Source of the DNA: Xanthobacteraceae bacterium
Lineage (GTDB): Bacteria > Pseudomonadota > Alphaproteobacteria > Rhizobiales > Xanthobacteraceae
Direction: 5' to 3'
NCBI GenBank assembly: GCA_035501735.1
Contig: DATJVR010000034.1
Span: 7,638 to 71,637 of the forward strand
DNA length: 64,000 nt
The notes beneath the pieces were generated by a model. That model searched no databases. It was not told the origin of the DNA and saw only the letters and a list, made by a program, of their open reading frames with translations. A program made the position numbers and the translations under genes. Below, piece after piece: positions 55,623-64,000 of this stretch (position 1 is its first letter; each line of letters opens with the position of its first letter).

Positions 55623-57335
55623 ATGTCGATCAAGATGAAGCGCGCGATCTATGCCGACATGTTCGGGCCGACGATCGGCGACCGCGTGCGTCTTGCCGAC
55701 ACCAACCTCATCATCGAAATCGAGAAGGATTTCACCACCTATGGCGAAGAGGTGAAGTTCGGCGGCGGCAAGGTGATCCGCGATGGCATGGGCCAGAGCC
55801 AGATCGCCAACAAACAAGGCGCCGTCGATACCGTCATCACCAATGCAATTGTGCTCGACCATTGGGGGATCGTGAAGGCCGACGTCGGCATCAAGCAGGG
55901 AAAGATTTTCGCCATCGGCAAGGCCGGCAATCCCGACATCCAGCCGGGCGTGACGATCATCATCGGACCTGGCACCGAGGTGATCGCGGGCGAGGGGAAA
56001 ATCCTCACGGCCGGCGGCTTCGACACGCACATCCATTTCATCTGCCCGCAACAGGTGGATGAGGCGCTGATGTCGGGGGTCACTTCGATGCTCGGCGGCG
56101 GTACCGGGCCGGCGGCCGGCACCAACGCCACGACCTGCACGCCCGGCCCCTGGCATATCGGGCGCATGATTCAGGCGGCGGACGCATTCCCGGTCAATCT
56201 GGGATTTGCCGGCAAGGGCAATGCCTCGCGCCCCGCCGCACTTGAAGAAATGATCGAGGCAGGCGCCTGCGCGCTGAAGCTGCACGAGGATTGGGGCACC
56301 ACGCCGGCGGCGATCGATTGCTGCCTGTCTGTGGCCGACGATTACGACGTGCAGGTGATGATCCACACCGACACGCTGAACGAGAGCGGTTTCGTCGAGG
56401 ATACGATCGCATCGTTCAAAGGCCGCACCATCCATGCTTTTCACACCGAGGGCGCAGGCGGCGGACACGCGCCCGATATCATAAAAGTCGCGGGGCTGAA
56501 AAACGTGTTGCCGTCTTCGACCAACCCGACGCGGCCGTTCACGCGCAACACGATCGACGAACATCTCGACATGCTTATGGTGTGCCACCATCTCGATCCA
56601 TCGATCGCGGAGGATTTGGCGTTTGCGGAAAGCCGCATTCGCAAGGAGACGATCGCAGCCGAGGACATCCTGCACGATCTCGGCGCGCTGTCGATGATGT
56701 CGTCGGACAGCCAGGCCATGGGGCGGCTCGGCGAAGTCATCATTCGCACGTGGCAGACCGCGGACAAGATGAAGAAGCAGCGCGGGCGTTTCAAATCCGA
56801 AAAGGGCGACAACGATAACGTTCGCGTCAAACGATACATCGCCAAATACACGATCAATCCGGCTATCGCGCATGGCGTGTCGAAACACATCGGTTCGGTC
56901 GAGAGAGGCAAGCTTGCCGATCTGGTGCTGTGGTCGCCGGCATTTTTCGGGGTCAAACCCGATCTCGTGATCAAGGGCGGCTCGATCGTAGCGGCGCCCA
57001 TGGGCGATCCGAACGCTTCGATTCCGACTCCGCAACCGGTGCATTACCGACATATGTTCGGCGCGTTTGGCCGTGCGCGCACCGCGAGCTCGGTCGTGTT
57101 CGTATCGCAGGCGGCTGCGAGCGCCGACATTGGCGAAAGGCTCGGTATCGAGAAGGAGCTGGTCGCGGTGCAAAACACCCGTGGCGGCATCTCGAAGAAA
57201 TCCATGGTGCACAACGACGCTACGCCGAAAATCGATGTCGATCCGGAAACCTACGAAGTGCGCGCCAACGGTGAATTGCTGACCTGCGCGCCCGCCGAGG
57301 TGCTGCCGATGGCGCAGCGCTATTTTCTTTTCTGA
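55623..57335 (+). CDS. ureC: urease alpha subunit
   Basis: 570 aa with [18 protein letters not shown] (the carbamylated Lys region), MVCHHLD and AFAESRIR. Confidence 0.95.
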   Translation: MSIKMKRAIYADMFGPTIGDRVRLADTNLIIEIEKDFTTYGEEVKFGGGKVIRDGMGQSQIANKQGAVDTVITNAIVLDHWGIVKADVGIKQGKIFAIGKAGNPDIQPGVTIIIGPGTEVIAGEGKILTAGGFDTHIHFICPQQVDEALMSGVTSMLGGGTGPAAGTNATTCTPGPWHIGRMIQAADAFPVNLGFAGKGNASRPAALEEMIEAGACALKLHEDWGTTPAAIDCCLSVADDYDVQVMIHTDTLNESGFVEDTIASFKGRTIHAFHTEGAGGGHAPDIIKVAGLKNVLPSSTNPTRPFTRNTIDEHLDMLMVCHHLDPSIAEDLAFAESRIRKETIAAEDILHDLGALSMMSSDSQAMGRLGEVIIRTWQTADKMKKQRGRFKSEKGDNDNVRVKRYIAKYTINPAIAHGVSKHIGSVERGKLADLVLWSPAFFGVKPDLVIKGGSIVAAPMGDPNASIPTPQPVHYRHMFGAFGRARTASSVVFVSQAAASADIGERLGIEKELVAVQNTRGGISKKSMVHNDATPKIDVDPETYEVRANGELLTCAPAEVLPMAQRYFLF

Positions 57336-57341
57336 CAGGAC

Positions 57342-57857
57342 ATGCCGAATGCGGAGCATTCCGAGATGAAACGTGCCGTGGCCGTGCGACCGGCGCAGCA
57401 ATGGGACGCCAGCGTTGCCGTCGATCTGGTTGCGCTCGACTCAAGCGAGCGCCATCGCCGCCGCATTGCGCTGCGAGGCGAGCGCGGTCTTGCGTTTCTA
57501 CTGGATCTGCCACAGGCAACGGTGCTGCATCATGGCGACGGGCTCGTACTGGACGATGGCGCGATCATTGCGGTGGTCGGCAAGCCGGAACCTCTGGTCG
57601 AAATCACGGCCTCAAGTTTCCGTGGCCTCGTGCGCCTCGCGTGGCACATCGGCAATCGCCATGTCGACTTGCAGATTGTCGGTGAACGGCTCCGCATTCG
57701 ACGAGACCATGTGCTGGAAACGATGCTGATGTCACTCGGCGCCCGGCTGACGCCGATCGAAGCCGTGTTCGATCCGGAACCCGGCGCTTACGCGGACGCG
57801 CAGCATCACGATCAGCGGTGGAATGATCGCGACAGCGATTTCGGCCATGCTTTTTAA
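57342..57857 (+). CDS. ureE: urease accessory protein UreE
   Basis: Position, plus the AWHIGNRH motif. The C-terminus has few His. An alternative ATG lies at 57366. Confidence 0.8.
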   Translation: MPNAEHSEMKRAVAVRPAQQWDASVAVDLVALDSSERHRRRIALRGERGLAFLLDLPQATVLHHGDGLVLDDGAIIAVVGKPEPLVEITASSFRGLVRLAWHIGNRHVDLQIVGERLRIRRDHVLETMLMSLGARLTPIEAVFDPEPGAYADAQHHDQRWNDRDSDFGHAF

Positions 57858-58566
57858 GCCCGAGCCGACAAAATTCTTCGACGGTCTTGCGCCGGCTGCG
57901 CTTTACCGGCTGATGGCGTGGTTTTCGCCGGCCTTTCCGGTCGGCGCATATTCCTATTCGAGCGGCGTCGAATGGGCGGTCGAGGCCGGCGACATCACCA
58001 ACGCCGATTCGCTGAAACGATGGCTGAGTGTGATGCTCACCCTGGGAGGCGGATTTTGTGACGCGGTCCTGCTTGTCCATTCGCATCGCGCCGTCGCGGA
58101 AAACGATGCTGACTTGTTGCTCGAGGTCGTAGAGCTTGCTGCTGCATTTGCTCCAACCAAGGAACGGTTCGTCGAGACCACGACGCAAGGGCTGGCCTTT
58201 CTTGCGACGCTGCGTTCAGCATGGCCGTGTGACGCGCTCGATCGTCTCGGCAAAATCTCAGATGGCGTGTTTACGATGCCAGTCGTGGCCGGTGTTGCAA
58301 GCGCGGGTCACGATATTCCGGTTGGAGCGACGGTTCATGCCTATTTGCAAGCGTTCGCGGCCAACCTGATCTCGGCCGGGGTCCGCCTCATTCCGATCGG
58401 ACAGACGGATGGCCAGCGGTTGATCGCGGCTCTCGAACTCGAGATCGCCGCAACAGCCGACCGGGCGCTTGCCGCCGGTCTCGACGATATCGCGACGTGC
58501 GCGTTTCGCGTTGACCTTGCGAGTATGCACCACGAGACGCAATACACGCGACTATTCCGCAGCTAG
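57823..58566 (+). CDS. ureF: urease accessory protein UreF
   Basis: LMAWFSPAFPVGAYSYSSGVEWAVE is typical of UreF. It overlaps the end of ureE. Confidence 0.85.
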   Translation: MIATAISAMLFKPEPTKFFDGLAPAALYRLMAWFSPAFPVGAYSYSSGVEWAVEAGDITNADSLKRWLSVMLTLGGGFCDAVLLVHSHRAVAENDADLLLEVVELAAAFAPTKERFVETTTQGLAFLATLRSAWPCDALDRLGKISDGVFTMPVVAGVASAGHDIPVGATVHAYLQAFAANLISAGVRLIPIGQTDGQRLIAALELEIAATADRALAAGLDDIATCAFRVDLASMHHETQYTRLFRS

Positions 58567-58581
58567 GCTTCGAGTTTTGCA

Positions 58582-59199
58582 ATGACAAAGCATGGCCCAC
58601 TTCGTGTCGGTATCGGCGGGCCCGTCGGTTCCGGCAAGACCGCGCTGATGGACGCGCTGTGCAAGCGGATGCGTGCGACCTACGAAATCGCGGCCATCAC
58701 CAACGATATCTACACCAAATGGGACGCCGAATATCTCGTGCGCTCCGGCGCGCTCGCGCCGGAACGTATCGCGGGCGTCGAGACCGGCGGTTGCCCGCAT
58801 ACGGCGATTCGGGAGGATGCATCCATCAATCTCGCAGCCGTGGACGAAATGCGCAGGAAATTTCCCGATCTGGATTTAGTGCTGATCGAATCGGGCGGTG
58901 ACAATCTCGCGGCAACGTTTTCGCCGGAACTTGCGGATATTACGATCTACGTGATCGACGTAGCGGCTGGCGACAAAATTCCTTCAAAAGGCGGACCGGG
59001 CATTACGCGCTCCGATCTGCTTGTGATCAACAAGATCGATCTCGCGCCCTACGTGGGAGCGTCGCTTGAGGTGATGGAACGCGACGCCAAACGCATGCGC
59101 GGCACGCGACCATTCCTGTTCAGCAATCTCCGAGCCGGACAGGGCATCGATCAAATTTGCGCTTTTATCGAACAAAAAGGCGGGCTTGACGCGAAGTAA
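58582..59199 (+). CDS. ureG: urease accessory GTPase UreG
   Basis: [12 protein letters not shown]-loop, [13 protein letters not shown] and ESGGDNL. Confidence 0.95.
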   Translation: MTKHGPLRVGIGGPVGSGKTALMDALCKRMRATYEIAAITNDIYTKWDAEYLVRSGALAPERIAGVETGGCPHTAIREDASINLAAVDEMRRKFPDLDLVLIESGGDNLAATFSPELADITIYVIDVAAGDKIPSKGGPGITRSDLLVINKIDLAPYVGASLEVMERDAKRMRGTRPFLFSNLRAGQGIDQICAFIEQKGGLDAK

Positions 59200-59328
59200 C
59201 TGTTAAATACGTGCAGCGCTCTACAAAGGCGTTTGCCCCAATTCTGACAAGCTGAAATTGAGATTGGTGTGGAGCACCAGCCGATTTCACAACCAAGCAT
59301 TGCGATCCGGATCAAGCACGAATATCGT

Positions 59329-59342
59329 TTGACCTAGATCAA
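59329..59342 (+). promoter_or_regulatory. FNR/FixK box TTGACCTAGATCAA upstream of ccoN
   Basis: 9/10 match, centred 85 nt upstream of the ccoN ATG. This is the classical position for fixNOQP promoters. Confidence 0.8.
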
Positions 59343-59419
59343 AGTCGAATCTTCGGCGTTCATCATATTGTGCTTCGTTCGGGCTGCTTCCGCGGCCTAT
59401 TTGTGCTGGGGCTGCTCGA

Positions 59420-61075
59420 ATGACGCAATCAATTACTCCCGACAAACGCATGACGTTCGGAGAGGCCGGATCCGCCTTCGCGTTTGCTGCGCTCGCTTTT
59501 TACTCGATCATCACTGCAGCGAAGGCTTACACCCCCGAATTCGCGTTTCATGCTTACTTGTTTGCGGCGGCAAGCGCTGTCGCGGCGTTCAAAATCATCG
59601 ACCGTTATTACGACCGGCCAGCCAACCTGCCGCCGCTGATGATCGGCGACAAGCCCAACTACAATATGGGACCGGTCAAATTCGCGACCATTGCCGCTAT
59701 GGTCTGGGGCATAGCCGGCTTCTCAGTAGGTCTTTGGGCTGCGCTTGAACTTGCGTTTCCGGTTCTCAACTTCGATCTTCCCTGGACTTCGTTCGGGCGC
59801 ATCCGGCCTTTACACACATCGGCAGTGATTTTCGCTTTCGGCGGCAATGTCCTCATTGCCACGTCCTTCTATGTCGTTCAGCGAACCTGCCGCGCGCGCT
59901 TGGTTGGCGATCTCGCGCCGTGGTTCGTTGTGCTCGGATATAATTTTTTCATCGTGATCGCGGGCACTGGTTATCTGCTCGGCATTACGCAATCCAAGGA
60001 ATATGCCGAGCCCGAATGGTATGCCGACTTGTGGCTGACGGTCGTCTGGGTGGTGTATTTGCTTGTCTACCTTGGCACGATCATGCGGCGCAGTGAGCCG
60101 CATATCTATGTGGCCAATTGGTTCTATCTTGCCTTCATTCTGACCATCGCGGTTTTGCACCTCGGCAACAATGCCGCGATTCCGGTGTCCGTATTCTCTC
60201 CCAAATCCTACATCGTCTGGGCCGGCATGCAGGATGCCATGGTGCAGTGGTGGTACGGCCACAATGCCGTGGGATTTTTCCTGACCGCCGGCTTTCTCGG
60301 CATCATGTACTACTTCATTCCCAAACGAGCGGAGCGGCCGGTTTATTCCTATCGGCTTTCCATCATCCACTTCTGGGCGCTGATTTTTCTCTACATCTGG
60401 GCCGGCCCGCATCACCTCCATTACACCGCGCTCCCTGACTGGACGCAGACACTCGGGATGACTTTTTCGGTGATGCTGTGGATGCCGTCGTGGGGCGGCA
60501 TGATCAACGGATTGATGACGCTCTCAGGCGCCTGGGACAAGCTGCGTACCGATCCGGTGCTGCGCATGATGGTCGTGTCGGTGGCGTTCTACGGCATGGC
60601 CACTTTCGAGGGACCGATGATGTCAATCAAAGCGGTCAATTCATTGTCGCACTACACGGACTGGACAATCGGGCACGTGCATTCCGGCGCGCTCGGCTGG
60701 GTTGCCTATATTTCCTTCGGCGCGATTTATTGCCTTGTGCCCTGGCTGTGGAATCGCGAGCGCCTCTATTCGCTCAAGTTGGTCAACTGGCACTTCTGGA
60801 TTTCGACCATTGGCATCGTGCTTTACATCTCGGCGATGTGGGTGTCGGGCATCCTGCAGGGGCTGATGTGGCGGGCCTACACCAGTCTCGGGTTCCTTGA
60901 ATATTCCTTTGTCGAGACGGTCGAGGCCATGCACCCGTTCTATGTGATCCGCGCGACGGGCGGTGCGTTGTTCCTGACCGGCGCGCTGCTGATGGCCTGG
61001 AACCTGTGGAAGACCATCAGCGTCAGCCAGGTCGATACGGCGATCTCCCGTCCCTCTCTCGTGCCGGCCGAGTAG
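59420..61075 (+). CDS. ccoN: cbb3-type cytochrome c oxidase subunit I
   Basis: 551 aa, polytopic, with heme-copper oxidase His ligands ([26 protein letters not shown]). Confidence 0.95.
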   Translation: MTQSITPDKRMTFGEAGSAFAFAALAFYSIITAAKAYTPEFAFHAYLFAAASAVAAFKIIDRYYDRPANLPPLMIGDKPNYNMGPVKFATIAAMVWGIAGFSVGLWAALELAFPVLNFDLPWTSFGRIRPLHTSAVIFAFGGNVLIATSFYVVQRTCRARLVGDLAPWFVVLGYNFFIVIAGTGYLLGITQSKEYAEPEWYADLWLTVVWVVYLLVYLGTIMRRSEPHIYVANWFYLAFILTIAVLHLGNNAAIPVSVFSPKSYIVWAGMQDAMVQWWYGHNAVGFFLTAGFLGIMYYFIPKRAERPVYSYRLSIIHFWALIFLYIWAGPHHLHYTALPDWTQTLGMTFSVMLWMPSWGGMINGLMTLSGAWDKLRTDPVLRMMVVSVAFYGMATFEGPMMSIKAVNSLSHYTDWTIGHVHSGALGWVAYISFGAIYCLVPWLWNRERLYSLKLVNWHFWISTIGIVLYISAMWVSGILQGLMWRAYTSLGFLEYSFVETVEAMHPFYVIRATGGALFLTGALLMAWNLWKTISVSQVDTAISRPSLVPAE

Positions 61076-61085
61076 GGAGGCACGG

Positions 61086-61820
61086 ATGTCGCTTTGGCGC
61101 AAACATCATATTCTGGAGAAGAATTCGATCCTGCTGGCCATTGGCGTGCTGATCGTCATCGCGATCGGCGGGCTCGTGGAAATCACCCCATTGTTCTATC
61201 TCAAGAGCTCCATCGAAAAGATCGACGGCGTTCGGCCCTATACGCCGCTCGAGCTTGCCGGCCGCAACATCTATGTCCGCGAGGGCTGTTACAATTGTCA
61301 CTCGCAGATGATCCGTCCGCTGCGCGACGAAGTCGAACGCTACGGCCACTACTCGCTGGCCGCCGAGAGCATGTACGATCATCCATTCCAATGGGGCTCA
61401 AAGCGGACGGGCCCGGACCTCGCGCGCGTCGGCAATAAATATTCCGACGACTGGCACCGCGACCACCTCAATTCACCCAAGTCAGTCGTGCCCGGCTCGG
61501 TCATGCCGGCCTATCCCTGGCTCGCGGCGACCGAGCTCGACTACGGACATATCGACGAGCACATGAGGGTGCAGGCAACGCTGGGCGTCCCCTATACGCC
61601 AGAGATGATTGCGGCAGCATTTGCCGATGTGAGGATCCAAGCCACCACGGATTCTCCCGAAGCTGCGGCGCTTGTGCGCCGTTATCCCGGAGCAAAGTCG
61701 CGCGATTTTGACGGCAATCCCGAGCGCATCACCGAATTGGACGCAGTCATCGCCTACCTGCAGATGCTCGGCACGCAGGTGGATTTCAAACTCTACGACG
61801 ACAAAGCCAACATTCGTTGA
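61086..61820 (+). CDS. ccoO: cbb3-type cytochrome c oxidase subunit II (monoheme)
   Basis: TM anchor plus [16 protein letters not shown]. Confidence 0.95.
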   Translation: MSLWRKHHILEKNSILLAIGVLIVIAIGGLVEITPLFYLKSSIEKIDGVRPYTPLELAGRNIYVREGCYNCHSQMIRPLRDEVERYGHYSLAAESMYDHPFQWGSKRTGPDLARVGNKYSDDWHRDHLNSPKSVVPGSVMPAYPWLAATELDYGHIDEHMRVQATLGVPYTPEMIAAAFADVRIQATTDSPEAAALVRRYPGAKSRDFDGNPERITELDAVIAYLQMLGTQVDFKLYDDKANIR

Positions 61821-61828
61821 GAAAAATA

Positions 61829-61984
61829 ATGTCGACGACCTACACGATGCTCGCACACTTCGCACAGACCTGGGGACTTCTGTATTTCCTGGCGTTGTTT
61901 CTGGCGGTTCTTGTCTATGCGCTTTGGCCTTCGCGCAAGACAAGGTTCGACGAAGCCGCGCGCATGCCACTGCGAGAGGACTAG
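61829..61984 (+). CDS. ccoQ: cbb3-type cytochrome c oxidase subunit IV (51 aa; below the ORF-track cutoff)
   Basis: Hand translation gives MSTTYTMLAHFAQTWGLLYFLALFLAVLVYALWPSRKTRFDEAARMPLRED. It is a single TM helix in the canonical slot between ccoO and ccoP. Confidence 0.8.
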   Translation: MSTTYTMLAHFAQTWGLLYFLALFLAVLVYALWPSRKTRFDEAARMPLRED

Positions 61985-61989
61985 CCAAG

Positions 61990-62868
61990 ATGGCTGCGCC
62001 GCACGAAGAGACCGACGCACTGACGGGCACCGCCACCACCGGCCACGAGTGGGACGGTTTGCGCGAGCTCAACACGCCGCTGCCGCGCTGGTGGCTGTGG
62101 ATTTTTTACGCCACCATAATCTGGGCGATCGGATATTGGATCGTCTATCCCTCATGGCCGCTGGTGACGTCCTATTCGAAGGGAATATGGGGCTGGCAGT
62201 CACGTGAGGCGGTGGTCAAGGACCTCGATGCGCTTCGCGCGCTGCGTGGACCGATGGTGGAGAAGCTTTCGGCGTCATCGCTAGAACAGATTGTCGCCGA
62301 TCCGCAGCTTCTTGAATTTGCGCGCGCACAGGGAAAGACAGCGTTCGGCGACAATTGTGCGCCATGCCACGGCGCGGGCGGCGGAGGCGCAAAGGGTTAT
62401 CCGAATTTGAACGACGATGACTGGCTGTGGGGCGGCAAGCTCGACGATATTGCACAAACCATTCGCTTTGGGATTCGCTCGACGCACGAAAAAACCAGAT
62501 TGGGCAGCATGCCGGCGTTCGGGCGTGAAGGCATGATCAAACGCGAGGACATCGAAGCCGTCGCAGATTATACGCGTTCGCTCGCCGGTCTCCCGGTCGA
62601 CAAAAGTGCAAATCTCGCCGCTGGAAAGGCCGTCTATGTGGCGAACTGCGCGATCTGTCACGGTGAAAACGGCAAAGGCAAGCGCGAGCTCGGTGCGCCG
62701 AATCTGACCGATGCGATCTGGCTCTACGGACCGAGCAGGGAGGTCATCATCGACGGGCTGTGGAACGGGCGCGGCGGCATCATGCCCGCCTGGAGTGGAC
62801 GGCTGGGCGACAGCACGATCAAGGCGCTCACTGTCTACGTCCATACGCTCGGCGGGGGAGAGAAGTGA
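61990..62868 (+). CDS. ccoP: cbb3-type cytochrome c oxidase subunit III (diheme)
   Basis: The ATG at 61990 gives MAAPHEETDALTG...HEWDGLRELNTPLPRWW. Two heme motifs are present (CAPCH, CAICH). The upstream part of listed ORF 61672..62868 overlaps ccoO/ccoQ. Confidence 0.95.
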   Translation: MAAPHEETDALTGTATTGHEWDGLRELNTPLPRWWLWIFYATIIWAIGYWIVYPSWPLVTSYSKGIWGWQSREAVVKDLDALRALRGPMVEKLSASSLEQIVADPQLLEFARAQGKTAFGDNCAPCHGAGGGGAKGYPNLNDDDWLWGGKLDDIAQTIRFGIRSTHEKTRLGSMPAFGREGMIKREDIEAVADYTRSLAGLPVDKSANLAAGKAVYVANCAICHGENGKGKRELGAPNLTDAIWLYGPSREVIIDGLWNGRGGIMPAWSGRLGDSTIKALTVYVHTLGGGEK

Positions 62869-62892
62869 TCGTCCGTGAATATTCCCGATACC

Positions 62893-64000
62893 ATGACGAT
62901 TGAATCGGCTGTCGCAAAGTCAGGCACGCCCGCTATCGCAGCTCTTGTCGAGCAGGCGAAAAACGCGGCGAGCCCGCCGGATGATGATGAACCGCTCTAT
63001 TCCGTGCGGCGTAAGGTTTATCCGCAAAGCGTGCAAGGCCGCTACCGGACGATCAAATGGATTCTACTGTTCGTCACGCTCGGCATCTACTACGGCTTGC
63101 CATTCGTGCGTTGGCATCGCGGGGCATATGCGCCGGATCAAGCCGTGCTCATTGATTTGCCGGGCCGGCGTTTCTATTTCTTCTTCATCGAGTTGTGGCC
63201 GCAGGAGGTTTATTACTTCACCGGCCTGCTGATTCTTGCGGCAATGATTCTATTTCTGATGAACGCAGTGGCCGGCCGTGTCTGGTGCGGCTACCTCTGT
63301 CCGCAAACGGTCTGGACCGACTTGTTTCAGACCATCGAGCGTTGGATCGAAGGCGATCGGCGCGAACACCTGCTGCGCGATCGCGGCCCGTGGACGTTTG
63401 ATCGTATCGCACGCGCAGCACTGAAGCATTTCCTGTGGCTGATGGTGGCATGGTGGACCGGCGGCGCCTGGGTCCTGTATTTTGCGGATGCTCCGACGCT
63501 GGTGAAAGATTTGGCGACCTTTCAGGCGCCGCTGATCGCCTATGTGTCGATCGGAATTCTCACGTTCACGACTTATGCTCTGGCGGGCCACATGCGCGAG
63601 CAGGTCTGCGTCTACATGTGCCCGTGGCCGCGCATTCAGGCGGCACTTACCGACGAATATGCGTTGAACGTCACCTATCGCTACGACCGTGGCGAACCGC
63701 GCGTGTCCCTCAAGAAAAGCGCGGCTCTGCGAGAAAGCGGCAAGCCGACAGGGGACTGCATCGAATGCTATCAGTGCGTCTATGTTTGTCCGACTGGCAT
63801 CGATATCCGCAACGGGCCCAATCTTGGCTGCATTCAATGCGGCCTTTGCATTGATGCCTGCGATGCCGTGATGGCGAAAATCGGCCGTCCGACCGGTCTC
63901 ATTGCGTACGATACGGAACTCAATATCAAACGGCGGCTCCGGCGTGAGGAGCCGATCTTCCGGATCGTGCGGATGCGCACGCTGTTATATGCCGCGGTGA
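62893..64000 (+). CDS. ccoG: cbb3 oxidase assembly ferredoxin CcoG/FixG; 3' end outside the window
   Basis: This open frame is not in the ORF track because it runs off the window. It reads VYPQSVQGRYRTIKW, GRVWCGYLCPQT, and two 4Fe-4S motifs (CIECYQCVYVCP, CIQCGLCIDAC). An alternative GTG lies at 62875. Confidence 0.9.
   Translation, partial: MTIESAVAKSGTPAIAALVEQAKNAASPPDDDEPLYSVRRKVYPQSVQGRYRTIKWILLFVTLGIYYGLPFVRWHRGAYAPDQAVLIDLPGRRFYFFFIELWPQEVYYFTGLLILAAMILFLMNAVAGRVWCGYLCPQTVWTDLFQTIERWIEGDRREHLLRDRGPWTFDRIARAALKHFLWLMVAWWTGGAWVLYFADAPTLVKDLATFQAPLIAYVSIGILTFTTYALAGHMREQVCVYMCPWPRIQAALTDEYALNVTYRYDRGEPRVSLKKSAALRESGKPTGDCIECYQCVYVCPTGIDIRNGPNLGCIQCGLCIDACDAVMAKIGRPTGLIAYDTELNIKRRLRREEPIFRIVRMRTLLYAAV

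Noticed and set aside
55086-57401. 771-aa ORF on the minus strand spanning the whole of ureC
   Set aside because: It is antisense to an unmistakable urease alpha subunit. The product is Arg/His/Gly-rich low-complexity sequence with no recognisable motif. Long stop-free antisense frames are expected in GC-rich coding DNA.
59302-59315. Second FixK-like site GCGATCCGGATCAA upstream of ccoN, and TTGATGATTCAATT at 20051..20064
   Set aside because: Only one half-site matches in each case, which is below the threshold I used for the other boxes.
61672-61989. Upstream extension of the ccoP ORF (listed start 61672)
   Set aside because: It overlaps the end of ccoO and all of ccoQ in another frame. 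The CcoP N-terminus (MAAPHEETDALTG...) starts at 61990.
1-64000. CRISPR arrays, IS elements, transposases, prophage genes, toxin-antitoxin or known defence systems
   Set aside because: No direct-repeat arrays, terminal inverted repeats or recognisable mobility or defence proteins were seen in any frame. The SRPBCC protein at 36108..36587 has no antitoxin partner, so I treat it as COQ10-like rather than as a RatA toxin.

Overview
High-GC alphaproteobacterial chromosome segment. It looks Bradyrhizobiaceae/Nitrobacteraceae-like, but that is inferred from gene content only. Coding is dense: I call 57 CDS and one tRNA, and I see no rRNA, CRISPR array, transposase or integrase. Gene order from left to right: (1) Two orphan CoxL-like molybdo-hydroxylase large subunits flanking a TauD-type dioxygenase, then tRNA-Asn. 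(2) A polyphosphate block (ppk, ppx, CYTH-CHAD) plus hisE. (3) A ketone-body/PHB mobilisation block: bdhA, two tandem acetoacetate decarboxylase genes, and a patatin-like hydrolase. (4) A region of about 20 kb (20-41 kb) that looks more A/T-rich by eye and carries at least seven FNR/FixK-type boxes. This region holds a hemerythrin-tailed P1B-5-type ATPase, macAB plus a cytochrome c, NUDIX, phasin, phaC, a secreted Gly-rich protein, an MgtA-type ATPase, a DASS transporter, a CBS-BON protein, a Met/His-rich periplasmic protein, a Crp/Fnr regulator, and a menA / NapC-type / pentaheme cytochrome module. (5) A sigma-54 operon made of a NitT/TauT ABC importer, a GSIII-like ligase, a NikR-family regulator, a long-form ureohydrolase and a His-rich protein. 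It is transcribed divergently from urtABCDE-ureDABCEFG. (6) ccoNOQP plus the start of ccoG. The most interesting candidates are the ureohydrolase/NikR-like/His-rich operon paired with urea import and urease; the quinone-multiheme module; the FixK-box array with two possible FixK-driven small RNAs; and an acetoacetate-decarboxylase paralog that lacks the catalytic lysine. All functional calls come from reading the translated ORFs and from remembered family motifs. No database search was run.
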